From: Tubulanus polymorphus
Lineage: Eukaryota > Animalia > Nemertea
Direction: 5' to 3'
Length of the DNA: 64,000 nucleotides
NCBI RefSeq assembly: GCF_964204645.1
Contig: NC_134028.1
Location: 4,092,001 to 4,156,000, forward strand
Shown: one piece after another, positions 1 to 38,910 of the stretch
How the letters are laid out: the number at the start of each line of letters is the position of its first letter
Position numbering within the stretch: position 1 is the stretch's first letter
Notes under the pieces: model-generated
What the model was told of the DNA's origin: nothing
Databases searched by the model: none
What the model saw: the letters and a program-made list of their open reading frames with translations, nothing else
Program-made: the position numbers and the translations under genes

Positions 1-904
1 ACCAAGTAGTGTACCATTAGTACTAGTAGGTTCGGTTTGGTCACTAACTAGTTCGAAACAAGAGTTCAAATTCGACTCATGTCGTAATGTATTCTATTCT
101 CAGATAATATGCGAAAGAAGGTGATATGACGATTTGTAACTTCCCGATCGAATTCACCAGTGATAGGCCCGTGTATAATCATTCAGTGTTCCCTACAAAC
201 GACCTTCAACATATTTCAATTCTGGTACATTTTATACGTAGTCTGAAACCGATTATGCAAAGAATAGATTAGCATTAGCTGTTGATCTTATGTCTAAGCC
301 CTAAGCCTTGATTGTGCAATTATCGATAATGTTTCTTGACAAAATCAGACAGCAGTAAGATACATCTGTACATACTCGTAGCAGACGACAATGATTATGA
401 GTCTATTTTTGTGCTAATTAGATTGGTTTTTCGAGTCTGCATAGCTACAGTTCTCAAGAGACAAATATACTCATATAACGAATCGCTCGCGTATATTCTA
501 ATCCGTAATTATTTCATAGCCGGGGAAAACTGTTGATCTCTTTACATCCAATTATCCATGCGAAGCCGCTAAATCTTGTTGTGCCGCTTTCGCAAATCCA
601 TTTTGTAATTTCAGCCGGCAATTTTCTCCGATGTATCCCGACTGTACTACTCGATACGACATCTTGTAGTGCTGTATTCGTGAAACCTGATCTCGCCGTG
701 GCCTGTGCCGCAGTGGACTAAAGTGGCTTGATTGTATTTCTCGACATGCATTCAGGCAGAAGGGCTTAAATAATTTCTGAATCTAGCTACGAGCAAAACA
801 ATCCGCATTTATACGCGTTTCTCACGTTTGAAGATGCGTATATTCATTAGATATTATGTCACACCATTTCCTGATCTAGTCAAGAATAAATGTGCTAAAT
901 GTCA

Positions 905-1097
905 TAGTTGAAACCTCGTTATAACGAACTGACAACTGATTCAACAATGTGAAGATTTCGACCGAATTGAGAAAATGATATCAATTTCATACTGGGTGTA
1001 TAGAAAACGCCGTCGATTTTTGGTTCCCGTAGAGTTCGGTAGCCGGTATTTTGGTTGGTATACTGTAATATCAGTGATAACGAGGTGTGCAGCAGTA
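905..1097. mobile_element. Degenerate MITE-like element with Tc1/mariner/pogo-type ends
   Basis: Left end tagttgaaacctcgttataacga and right end tgataacgaggtgtgcagcagta are imperfect inverted repeats sharing the core acctcgttat. No coding capacity. Confidence 0.4.
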
Positions 1098-1809
1098 CAA
1101 TGTTTATGTCGAAAGCCATTTCACTAAATACAGAGTAAAAGTAAATAGTATAACAGCAGATATTCAATACACTAGGACAACGACCTTCGCAATGGCCTAT
1201 GACATCACGGATTACCATGACAATCCCCGATTAATTGGCATCATTTATATTTATTTTATCTTATCGCCAGGCAATTTCTGAATAAACATCATTAGCGAGG
1301 GTTCCACATAAACCTTGATTAGATGTTTTACATTATATATAGATAGCGATTTTCAGCTGTAATATGCTATGAAATATATTTTTTTTGTTCAAAGTATTTG
1401 AATTATGGTAATTTGATCGAGAAACTTTCGTTTAATTTACTTTCATAATCCTATTGTCATTTTTGATCTACTTCTATTGAAACGAACGCAGATTGCATGC
1501 TCCGTACGCGTTGTTATTCCAGCTAAAACTTTTTGATATCAATTATTTTAATTTCAAAATTCCGCGGTCGCTAAAAGCTTTGTGTTCCATATAGCATCAA
1601 TCATTTCAATGGCTTTATTTTCGATTTATATTGCAGAATCCGAGCGCTTCACCGATACAGCCTTGATCACCGTCTGTCTGATAGAACGCGAGATATGTTT
1701 CATGGTCGCCGCGACCGCTGATACAGTTCCACCCACGCGAAGCACTAGAGGATTTTGTCTCGCTGTACGAATGGTCACTTTTTGATGGCTGAAAGGAAAC
1801 ATCAGAAAG

Positions 1810-3402
1810 ATGCGAATAAGACCGCTCACGACTCGACTGACGAGAAGCGCATACGCGTGTTGTTTATGCGTGATAGTAATCTACGGGATTTTGTGGGGAG
1901 TTCTACCCTGGGATAATCATCGCTTAACGGATAATACCGCGGACAATATGAAGGTGATTAATCTTCACGAGACGGTTAGATTCCGGGCTTTAAGAAGCAG
2001 CATCGATAGCTCAGCCGCCGGCCGCCGCATCTATTTTGCGGCGGATATTTTCGGCAAACCGATCAAGAAAACGTCATTATCGACCGCCGCAAAATTACCA
2101 TATATACCGAACGTTCTGACCGGTGATGTGTTAAGTGACCGCAACATACCGGCAACTGGACATGACAATATTTCCCCGAGGCGTGCTCAGAAAGTAGAAC
2201 TCATCGGTACGGGAAAAATTACGAATTCGAATGATGCTGTACTAACAAATCTAGTCAGCCACGATCAGCTCCCATCGACGCTTCGGGGTAATACTAATTC
2301 GGTCAGAGAGTTGATGGCCGTTCAACTTTCCGACGTTAGACGCGTAGAAACTGGTCAGAATATTGTCGACAAAAACACGGCTAAAATACAACGTTATCTT
2401 CCGATAGAGGTTCTCCACGCGAGAAAACAACGAATGGCGAATAGAAATGCTGCCCTGATTGGAAAATTGAAATTCACGCCTCTTCCGAACTCGGCCGGTG
2501 CGGTAGTAAAAAACCAAACTAGTTTAGGAATCGATCCCGAGTTGATTGGTGAATACGAACCATCTGAAAATGAATATTTCAGGCCCCAACCGTTTGTCGT
2601 AAATCGCATGGACTTTAAATATCTAATAAACAGCAGTTCGCTTTGCGCTGACGAGGAGGTGTTTCTATTGATAATGGTTTGTTCGCTTCACGAAAATTTT
2701 CATTACCGCCAAGCGATACGTGACACGTGGGGAAGTATTACAAAATATCAAAGCCGAATAAAATTAGTTTTCTTGTTAGGCAGACACAAAGATTCTTACT
2801 GGAACGGCAATATACAAAAGGAGAGCGTTTCCTATCGCGATATTGTGTACGTGAACTTCGCAGAAAGCTACAAAAATCTTACGATAAAAGTTCTATCGGG
2901 TATTCGCTGGGCTTTGAAGTTTTGTAAGCAAGCCGCGTATCTTCTCAAAGCCGACGAGGACATGGTCATTAATGTCCCTTATCTGATACAAGTCTTAGTC
3001 GAACAACCGCTGAAAAATGAATTGCTCGGCTCCTTGAATACTAAAGCCATGGTAATGCGGACTAAGCGTAGTAAATGGGGCGTTTCTAATAGCGTCTACC
3101 CTTTCCGATACTATCCGCCATATTTATCCGGAAACAGTTACGTCATGCCCCACAATCTTAGCCGGAAGTTGATTTCCGTGGCAAGAATGGTTCCACTCGT
3201 GCCGATAGAGGACGCTTTTATAACGGGAATTCTGACGAGAATTTCCAACGTGACTCTACGTGGGTCGGGTAAATTCACGTATTGGGGAAGCCCGCCGGTA
3301 TTACCGTGTGAGATTATCGAAAACAAGAAGATATCAGGGACGCACATGACACCGCAACTGCTGTATAAATTATGGACGCAAATTACAAAGAAAATCTGTT
3401 AA
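1810..3402 (+). CDS. Beta-1,3-galactosyltransferase-like protein (CAZy GT31), type II membrane glycosyltransferase
   Basis: 530-aa uninterrupted ORF with an N-terminal hydrophobic anchor (YACCLCVIVIYGILWGVL) and a long stem. GT31 motifs follow: RQAIRDTWG, FLLG, ESYKNLTIK, KADED (DxD), YPPYLSG, EDAFITG. Confidence 0.92.
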   Translation: MRIRPLTTRLTRSAYACCLCVIVIYGILWGVLPWDNHRLTDNTADNMKVINLHETVRFRALRSSIDSSAAGRRIYFAADIFGKPIKKTSLSTAAKLPYIPNVLTGDVLSDRNIPATGHDNISPRRAQKVELIGTGKITNSNDAVLTNLVSHDQLPSTLRGNTNSVRELMAVQLSDVRRVETGQNIVDKNTAKIQRYLPIEVLHARKQRMANRNAALIGKLKFTPLPNSAGAVVKNQTSLGIDPELIGEYEPSENEYFRPQPFVVNRMDFKYLINSSSLCADEEVFLLIMVCSLHENFHYRQAIRDTWGSITKYQSRIKLVFLLGRHKDSYWNGNIQKESVSYRDIVYVNFAESYKNLTIKVLSGIRWALKFCKQAAYLLKADEDMVINVPYLIQVLVEQPLKNELLGSLNTKAMVMRTKRSKWGVSNSVYPFRYYPPYLSGNSYVMPHNLSRKLISVARMVPLVPIEDAFITGILTRISNVTLRGSGKFTYWGSPPVLPCEIIENKKISGTHMTPQLLYKLWTQITKKIC

Positions 3403-3985
3403 TTGTGAAGCTACACGGCGTTCGGAGTTAAGAGGACAAGTCTATATATTAATAACGTATTTTCTTTCAAAAGCAAATTGTTCGATGCATTATCTTTTCC
3501 AGCGTAAGAACTGTCTTGCTGTGCCTTATACAATTTACATATACAAAATACAAGATATCACCATGGATTGCCTCTTTATTTAAATAAGCTACAATTGAAA
3601 ACAGAATCATATCTCTATCCAACGTACTTCCTCGAGCATTAATATCTTTGACGAAATAAAATATATTTTATTGAAATTCTCGATGATCGTCGATACAGTT
3701 TTCTGTCTGAAACGTTTCTTTCTCGTGGGAATTCATATTACACAAAACAGACGACGATAGAAATCGATTATTTTCCTCGCCGCTGAGAGAACTTCTTGAC
3801 ATTTTCCCGAATGAAAAGGAAAAAATTGATTTCTTCGTTTTCAATTTGAATGAACGTGCAATTTACGGCGTGATTGATTCACGTCTACGATGAATTGATA
3901 ATAAATTATTGAGGTTTTCCAAAGAAAAACAATAAACAAACCTTGCTAGTTAAGTAGTTGTGACTACCAAATACAAAAGGAAATG

Positions 3986-4203
3986 CAGGGGCGAATATCA
4001 GAGGGTAGGGGTTCCGGAGATATAAAGGGCCTATTTCCAGGCAAAGAAGGTACATTGACACTGTTTATTGTCTGATAGAATATGCAGGAGGAGGCATCTC
4101 GCGGTCAATTGCAATTTTAAAATTTCCTGATGAGAAGATCAAAAGTTAATATCGACAATGAGAAGGTAATTTTAGGTTGGAACCTCCTCTAATTCCACCC
4201 CTG
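3986..4203. mobile_element. Short MITE-like element with CAGGGG...CCCCTG termini
   Basis: caggggcgaat at 3986 and attccacccctg ending at 4203 form an imperfect terminal inverted repeat around a ~200-bp non-coding interior. Confidence 0.4.
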
Positions 4204-7200
4204 AAAGGTTTTTTTTGTGTAAGGCGTGAGTCTCATTTGTAGCAGATCCTACGTAATTATATACATGTATATCAAACAGAATATTCCTAACATTTCAGCA
4301 TGATGCAACTTGAATCCATTGACAAAGGGTTAATATGAATTGATGATGAGAATGAACTGTAAGCTATGGCAGTCGTAAAAATTAGATTTTCACTTCCGAT
4401 TTTCTGTAGTGAGAATACCGCTGGCAGTTATCGAATTTGCAGGAAATCGTCGGAGCGTTCGTCATTCATGCTTCATGAAACATCCGGAAGCTGCCGGTGG
4501 AAATTGGTTTTTCTAAATACACAGAGTTCAGTCCAAATCGCTTGTACCACACATTTACATTATTATATACCGGTACTTATATATACGCGGTTCCGAATGC
4601 GATTTTGATCATGTATGTTTGAACGAAGGCAGACAAGCTGTCTCAGAATTGTGTTACCGAAGCTTTATGATAACCATATTTGTAATTAATTTTGTTCGGG
4701 GTAAGGTTGGTGCGGACCAAGATGTTTGCTCGAGGATGGAAAATTGAAATGCAATGCCTCTGTGCATGGCTGAGCGCTATCCTGTGTTTTCGAATGCCCA
4801 CGATTATCGAGTTGAACTATAAAAAAAAATAAGGATTATTTATTTTTACTGTGTACGTTTATTGATAAATTGATAAATGACCAGATGCCATGACGTCCGC
4901 GAGCTCAACTGTATATTGGTAAAATGATTAACATATTATCGAAAGATCAGTTTTGGTCAAGAGGACCAACAATTTCCATCAGAAGTAAATGTATATATAT
5001 GTATATACTTGTTCTTTTCCGTTAATAAATCGAAGAATCATGAATGTTCTTTATCACGAAAATCCCACATACTAACTACAATCCAACCCCGATCACCAGT
5101 GGAACAGTAATCTGAGCTGGCTGCTGCTGCTACAACTGAGGCGCCACTTGTTAAGCTGCTAGCGTTTTTTTTATCTTGCTGACACTCTTTATGAAACAAA
5201 AAGCAACCCCCATATTGTACTATCGAAGCGTTAGAATTTTCTGGCGAATCTGGCTTCGATCTGTGAGAACAAAATAGAGAGTGTGATTTATATATCGATA
5301 CGCCATAATTTCTCGATTGATCCTTGCATCGTAAATATTAGTCGAGTAACAAATCAAGCGCAACTTCGTTTATTGATTTGGGGATGTGAACGTACGTGCG
5401 TGTACGGTTCCTCCTTGCGACGGAGCAACCTGATTTACGAGCTGATCGAATTTTCTAGTTTGCTCCCGCTGCCTTCGTTTCAGTAATCAAGCAAATCTAG
5501 GTTTTCCGCGACGACGGTAAAACCACCCGACGGTGATCAAAGACTGCAGAAATCAAAGTGTCACGAGCAATCAACTCAAACGGGCGTTTCTCGTCATTTA
5601 CAATACAAACATTGATAACAACACCGACAGTTCAATCATGCCAGTCTCTGGTTAAACATCGATTTCCCATCAAGATACCCATCTGCAGATTTGCCTGAAA
5701 TCATCCGCATTATCCGTTTCATTACGGTGACACGATAGTAGTTATTAAACCGCGAGAAACCAGACCACCGATTTGAACGGATAAAACCGAAGCATCTTCG
5801 TGCAAGCCTAATGCCATATAAAATGCATCTTCATGTAGCAATTTATTACATCAGTTCCAAATATGAAACGCAATATTAATGATAAAAGGTATTTTTTCCA
5901 CCCGATTTGAAGCGTGGTGCGGCGCTATACTCCGCGTCTACGAGACAAATGAAATGATATGTTCTAAATTCTGCACGGGTCCTAAGAAGTTGAAATATGA
6001 GACAAGCTGAATTAGAAAATAAAGTTGATACTTTCAAGTCTGGTATATGCACCTGTTCACTCATTATTACGGCGGCGCATCCATTAAAGCCAGGCCATTT
6101 CGTTATATTGCCTTCACATCCAGCCTTACGTTAATTCATTTTCCTCATAAGCAATAAAGACGTGTCTTGAAGATCATCCTGAGATGAGTTTCGCGACGAA
6201 ACCACCAAAAAACATCATTCGTTTTAATAGGCTTTTGGTTTAGTGTCATCGTATTTTTCATCTTGACGTATGTGAATTTACCTTTCCGCAGAAACTGGAG
6301 AGAGCAGCAATAATATACAGGTTTTATAAATAAACTCGACATCTTATTCACATTTCAAGCGCAAATTGAATAAATCTCACCGAAAGGCGATTCATGATTG
6401 ATTGATCGAACATTGTTAAACCAATTTACATCGTCAATTCATTCTTTGCCCGGATATTCTTTAGATGTTTCGAACAGTGTTTCAATATTCAGTTAATCAG
6501 TCGTGGTTTCACCTCAGTGTAATTGATTAATTTGCCTCGATCTCGATGATTCTCGCGAGTTTAGGACGGGATCCGGAAATTAGATTTTGGCCGCGGTAGA
6601 AGCGACGACCTTCACCTGAACGCACGTATCACCTGTTAATCGTTACCATCGACAAACGTTTGGTTCCAGACGAAATTTGGAATTAGACGAGATGATCGGA
6701 GTTCACATCAGCCTTGAGTGAAATTCCTTCGAATTAATCACGTCGCAGACTAAGTGAGGAAATAGACCAACCTAATGCACTCACATACATCAACCTGCAA
6801 CCACCACACTAAGTATTGACGATCACTTTTTCAAAGTGTGGTGGTAAAATTCAGACATGGCTTGTCGCAGTGAGCAAATATAAGCATTTTCAGCGTTTAA
6901 TGCGGAAAAAGTGGCACTTTTCTAATGCATTAGCGATAGATATTGTTACTGCTCATGATTGTAGCGATTCCGAGATGTACCACTCGATAGAAATCGACGA
7001 CGATAGCCGATTTGATACAAGTTGATTAAATAAAAACGCCTTCAATAAGTCAATACCATTCAGCACTCAACTCATTAGTTTGTTTTAAATGAATAATTGT
7101 ATCAACGTCAAAAATATAAATATTTAACGAGAAATCTGCTTTTGAAATCGATTTTCAAGCCATATTTTAACAGCTCAGCGAACGTATGTAATCCTGGTAA

Positions 7201-7572
7201 CGCGGTAGTGTAGTGTGTAGACTGGTTGCCTGTCGAATTCTGCACCACCAGCGTGAAAGGTTTCTTGCTCGAGTCATTTCCAGCAAGAACAGACAGAACA
7301 AAGATTCAAATTCCATGATTTTCGAGAAGATATTTGTTTATAATACGAGGTTTTAAGTGTTTACACGATTACAATGTATTATACAATCAACAAACATTTC
7401 GTTCAAAATACATTACAGCACTACTTCCCATGAAAAACAAACCGTGAGCTAAACATGGCGACAGAAACTTCAAATGGTTGGGGATGAATTTCACTATTAC
7501 CGGTTCACACAAACATTCTCACATTCCAACACTCATTCAACAAGTTTATTTTGAACAAAATTAGGGAAGTTA

Positions 7573-8090
7573 GGGCCATCAGTTGTCTCGTGCCAACTCA
7601 ACAAGTCATCATATCGTGTCAAATCAACATAGTATGTCGACATTTCTTCTATGACATCACCAACGCCACTGCGTCACGATGTGATGAACAAGGGACCTCG
7701 AATTATCGCGGTCTACAGTAAGTTCCTCCAGGAAAGTAAAAGTTTCGCTTGACGTTAATTTAAAATCAAGTTCTATATCTACAAGGGCTAGGTCTTCACG
7801 GATTATCGACAACATTGTGACGTATTGACAACATATTTCATCTTAGTCGACCATTTTCTTACCAGTGACAAGTCGACATTTAACAACACATCGTAATGTA
7901 AGATGTAGAAATATAACGACCGAGTTTTGAGTCATCATTGAATATGTCGACTTGTTGCGAGGAAAATGGTTGGCAAAACCAAATATGTAATCAAAACGTC
8001 ACGATATGCCAACTTATTACGTTGAATTGACGCGATGTAACGACATAATTATGACAAATTGTTGAGTTGGCACACGACAACTGGAGTCCC
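7573..8090. mobile_element. MITE / fold-back element downstream of CDK1
   Basis: cagttgtctcgtgccaactcaacaa (7580-7604) is the near-perfect reverse complement of ttgttgagttggcacacgacaactg (8059-8083). The interior has repeated gtcgaca-type motifs. Confidence 0.65.
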
Positions 8091-8847
8091 CTTTCGCTGC
8101 CGTACAAAATGGATGGTCAAATTGGTCAAGAAAAAGTCCTAATTGCTATCTTGAGTTGAAGTCAGTATGATACATATTGTACTCTCCCAGTTCACATGAA
8201 GATGTTTTATTAACAGTTCAGCCAAAACCGCTTAATCTGGATCAGTTTAATTTGAATATATCTACATTAAATATGATATCGTTTACATGTAATCCGAATC
8301 TCTCATTAATTTCTTTGGTCTCAAATGATCTGAATGAAGTTCTACTGTATTTCAATACACTCTAGTATCAATTCAACAGTAACTGGCTGAAAAACTAATG
8401 AGATACTGGTACTTTAACAACAAGTTTAAGAAAATGAAGATCATATTCTCAATTTAAACTCACCAGTTCTTCTTTGGTTAAAACATTAATACATGTAATG
8501 AACAATTACTGCTCAACACCGTAAACATTGCATAGTATGTCACTTATTACAGTATAGTGAATATTATTTAGTACGGATTTCGTTACCAAAGTTCGAAAAT
8601 CATTTCTAAACTACAAACTTAGATACTGGTACAGTTAACACCTACTCAGTCAACTCCGAAATTTGTGTACGTCAGTGAGAATTATTGGTCCCACGAGTTC
8701 CAAGGCATGCGAAGTCTACTGCTTGTTGGTCGAACTCGAATTTTTTTCCAAGAAAAGATGCCTGGTTTTGCACATCAGATGATCAGTGAAACTATTTAGA
8801 AGTCGAAATGAACACGGTGGTATCTGAGAGTAACTCGTCAAACTTGA

Positions 8848-11357
8848 TCACATCGGGCACGGGAGACTGCTCTTATCCAAGTCCATGAAATACGGATGTT
8901 TCAAAGCGGCTTGCGCTGAAATACGCTGCGCTGGGTCGTAGATTAACGTCAACTACAAACAATAATACATAGAGCTAATTAGTTGCATACTTAAAAGAAA
9001 CGACTGTAGAACAATACTGAAGAGATCGTTCGTACTTGAAGTAAATCGAATCCAGCGGCACTGAGGTGTTTAGTAGTAACAGCAGTTTCCAGTTGATTTG
9101 TTTTCCAGTTGGGAAATGTTGATTTATACTCTTGTAAGGACGTCACGCCTTTCCATATGTCCTCAGTCGGTGTTGATAAAGTTCTGAAGTAGATAAATCA
9201 ATTCAGTTCGTAAATACATAGAATAACAAAAGATAGGCTTCTTGTGTCATTCCATGCATGAATTTTATGAAATTTCTTACAAGTATTCAAAGGAGCAAAA
9301 AAATCTAAACTTTTAAGAGGTTTTTTATCTATTGATAGTCAAAATGACAAAAATTCATCACGTTTTAGAATAATTTCTCGAAATTGAGGAAAAATCAAGA
9401 AATTGAAAACTATCCTTTGAATTCTCTAAATCAAGGAATCAAGGAGTAGTATGAACCCTGTAAAATGATACCGTGAACTCAATCATGAATAACTTAAAAC
9501 TTGGAATAAACCTCATGGCTGGGTTTCACCCAGCCAATTACAATTCATTGCAATTACTAAGTCCAATGTTAATGAGAAGTTCACCATAAGGAAAATCACG
9601 AATTTTTATGAAACATTGGACGCAGGGTTTGGTTCAGCGAGTTCCTGTTACCTGAATATTCTGAACAGTTGGTCGATTTCTGAGTCACCGTGAAACAGCG
9701 GTTTTTTCGTAGCCATTTCTGAGAATATGCATCCGATACTCCAGACATCGAGAGGGCACGAATATCTCTGAGAGCCGAGTAAAACTTCCGGAGCTCGGTA
9801 CCATAACGTAACAACCTTAACAAATATAACAAACAACTGAACTGATACATGAAGCCAAGGGCAATGAATGACTTTCTTATGTCATGAGAGCCAAACAAGA
9901 CCTCTTCTGGAGAACAATGAGTTCAAGTTATATTTTGACATCTCAGACCCACAGTTGATATTAATCATAAGGGGTCTCAATTACTAACCTCGTGAGTGTA
10001 AACACGAACAGGTATACCGAACGCTCGTCCGAGTCCAAAATCAGCCAGTTTAATAACGCCTTTATTATCGATGAGAAGATTCTGTGGTTTCAAATCACGA
10101 TGAAGAATTCTGCGTTTGTGACAGAACAAGATTCCTTGAAGCAACTGATGTAAATAACTCTACGAAATAAAAAACATTACAAGAATTATTAACTGAATCA
10201 AAACTAAGTTCAACGTATCATTGTGCACACATATCTTCCAAACTGATCCACCAAACATTTCACATAGGCCTATTTTCAATCCCACAAAATTGTAAGTGAA
10301 TTCATCGGGACCAATCACCATTCATTTATTACGTATGCATGTTAAGTGGGGTAGGAGGGTGACAAACTACACACAGTGATGCGACAAAAAGCTCGAAAGC
10401 ACTGATATTACACATAATCTTAATTTCACTGATTTTTAATGATACCTTAACGAGCATTTTGTCCATTAACTGATCAGAAGGAATCGTATCTATGTATTTC
10501 TTGAGGTCCATTTGCAGGAATTCGAACACCAAAAACAGTTTTCCATCCTGCATGAGAATATCGTCCAAACTACAAAACAGAATGCGACGAAATATCGTTA
10601 TGACGAGACCGTAGTTTATACCTACACGAAGTGATTAGATTATCAGCACACTCTTCTACCTGGGGTCATCCTTATTACCGAGATGAAATGAAATATAGCA
10701 TATTTATTTATTCCTTATCGATTTTAACACTTGAAATCATGTTATATCAGTAATAAATACCTTCTAGTCATATTTTACATATTTTTTTATCTAAAAAAAT
10801 TTTGACTTCAAATACGTAAACTCTGTTAAAGGTTAACTCGGTAAAGTTAAAAGTTATTTTTCTACAAAAATATCCAACAAAATATGTAAAATATGACTCC
10901 AGCAGGCATTTATTACTGATATAATATGATTTCAAGTGTTAAAATCGATAAGGAATAAATAAATATGTTATATTTAATTTCATCTCGGTTGATCTCGGTA
11001 AAATACGTCATCTCAGTAATGAGGATGACCGTTCTAACCTGACTATGTTCGGATGTTGTAATTCCTTGAGAATTGATATTTCTCTGATAGCAGTCGATGG
11101 GACGCCCTCCTCTTCACTTTCTAAACGAATCTTTTTCAGTGCGACCAATCGGTTGGTTTTTCTGTTTCGACCCTTGTAAACGACACCGTACGTTCCTATC
11201 ATGAAACACGCAAGATTATGAGAAATAACGGAAATCTATTTCAACTTTATTCGCGCATTTTACAATTCACTGGTGGCCAAATAACTGAGCAGGAATTCGT
11301 GGATTGTATGCCACACATACCTTCACCAATCTTTTCAATTTTGACATAGTCTTCCAT
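8848..11357 (-). CDS. CDK1: Cyclin-dependent kinase 1 (cdc2), 7 coding exons, 301 aa
   Basis: Exons 11357-11321, 11195-11039, 10569-10446, 10159-9989, 9815-9652, 9183-9036 and 8952-8848 are all GT-AG and join in frame (906 nt). The protein starts [20 protein letters not shown] and has [32 protein letters not shown] and [13 protein letters not shown] non-coding 5' exon probably ends at the donor near 11732. Confidence 0.96.
10677..10989. mobile_element. Fold-back MITE in a CDK1 intron (~110-bp inverted arms)
   Basis: accgagatgaaatgaaatatagcatatttatttattccttatcgattttaacacttgaaatcat... (from 10677) is mirrored by ...atgatttcaagtgttaaaatcgataaggaataaataaatatgttatatttaatttcatctcggt (to 10989). 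Confidence 0.8.
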
Positions 11358-11819
11358 GACTCAAAAAAAGCTGTCGGGTGTGTACAGCACCGTCTAAAAT
11401 AAAACTAAAAACAATAAAAATGATGACAAATTTTATCATTTACAATATCAATGAAGCCCTCATGAGACCTGTAGGTAGACATGTAGGTAGGGTCAGCGCA
11501 GCATCATCCTCCGGCAGCAGAGCCCAGACGCGACGAGAGCAGAGACTCAGGTCTGAGACTGGTGTGAGGCCTGTGAGAGACTGAGGTCGAGGAGAAAGGG
11601 AGGGAGGCAAAACAGAAGGTCGTCGGCGTCGATCGTATAAGTTTTATCTATGATAGATAGGCTATAGATTCTAATCCACTACTAATAATGAATCATTTAA
11701 ATTTTCTGAATTACAACACATGTACAATTACCTCCTCGATATTGCAAAAATACTGATTTCTACCACAGAGTTACTGAACTTCTTTCACTTCTTCGCGGAG
11801 GCCGCCGTTTCCAAACCGA

Positions 11820-11909
11820 CCAATGAGCGAGCGACACGACGAAATATGTATCGACACAAACCTCATCAAACTAAGAATGAGAACCGGACCCGATCCCGCG
11901 GCATTCGAA
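11820..11909. promoter_or_regulatory. Putative CDK1 promoter: CCAAT box plus CDE-CHR-like element
   Basis: CCAAT at 11820-11824, and TCCCGC-ggca-TTCGAA at 11894-11909 (GC element, 4-nt spacer, TTYGAA). Both lie just upstream of the likely first exon in a locally GC-rich stretch. Confidence 0.5.
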
Positions 11910-13052
11910 ATCGGACGTAGTCTCATCGGAGCCCGCCTTGCGGCGAATCTGATACCCGGTCTAAAACACGCGGCCCCGGTAGTGCGACACAGATTATCGT
12001 AACTATTCCCTACCTACCAACTGATTTTACTTTCACCTCCAATCCTCTTAGACACTATCCCTCTTAATCTTAAGCCCTTCTCATTGGACGATCAGTCCGC
12101 TGGATTGTAGAACCTCAGTTTTTTTAATTACCGAAAATGTCTCCGGCCGTGAAGTCAAATAACTTAGGGCACCCGACGAACTTGAAGTATGGACGATCAG
12201 TTTTTGAAAGTGTGCTGATTAAATGCCTAATGTCGGTGATTGCAAATATTTTCCAATCGAAAATTTGAACCACTTCTGAACATTAACTTAAAAGCTATTT
12301 CCGTCGTTATTGAAATAAACTCAAGAGAAGAAATTTCTTCTCGAATTTTCGGGAGAGAAGCGACATTAAATGGAGATACAACGTATTTATCTATATGATG
12401 AGCTATATTTATTGCTTGGATTCACTTTAATACGTAATTTTTACACATATTACAACACTGCACGACGATAGAGAATACAGTAACCCTTACACATGAAATT
12501 AAAATAACACTTTAGATAAATAATTAGTTGATGAGTTGTTTGTGGCCGAGTTTAAGACAAAACTTGCTTGTAAATAACTAATGAAAGGCAGCAGACCTAA
12601 TAGTTTGTTTTTTCATACAATATCCAGGTGAGGAGTAAAGTTTCCAATAAATATGACACTACAGTTGTATAATTATAATGAATATTAATCGAATTTAAAA
12701 CAATTAACAAAGTTAATTTCGGTTAAACAACAAAACCTATTCTACCGTTACAAGAGAGAGGCACGCATCTCCTTATATCAATCAATGAATAACAAATGTA
12801 TAAACATAAAAATCTTGTATATATGAATATGACTGTATCTATTCCAAGCTTGTTTAAACGAAGGAGCCAGCGTCCAGTTCGATCTGATGGTCGTTGATGG
12901 TTTAGAATTCGGACTTTTTTCGCGAATTCAAAAAGTCGAACGTTCAATTTATTAACTGCGATGCACGATGAAAACATTGTCCGGTCTGTGTTGTTCAGAA
13001 GAAATGAACATTTCGTGTTTTTCTTTCTTTCAAACGAAAAGTTCATTCGCAT

Positions 13053-38910
<25,858 letters not shown>

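Noticed and set aside
4300-7500. Scattered 60-80 aa ORFs between the glycosyltransferase and CDK1
   Set aside because: No recognisable motifs or consistent exon chain; the lengths are compatible with chance.
11460-11610. Purine-rich gagact-type low-complexity tract and 68-aa ORF 11378-11584
   Set aside because: It lies in the probable first intron of CDK1, is simple sequence, and has no protein similarity.
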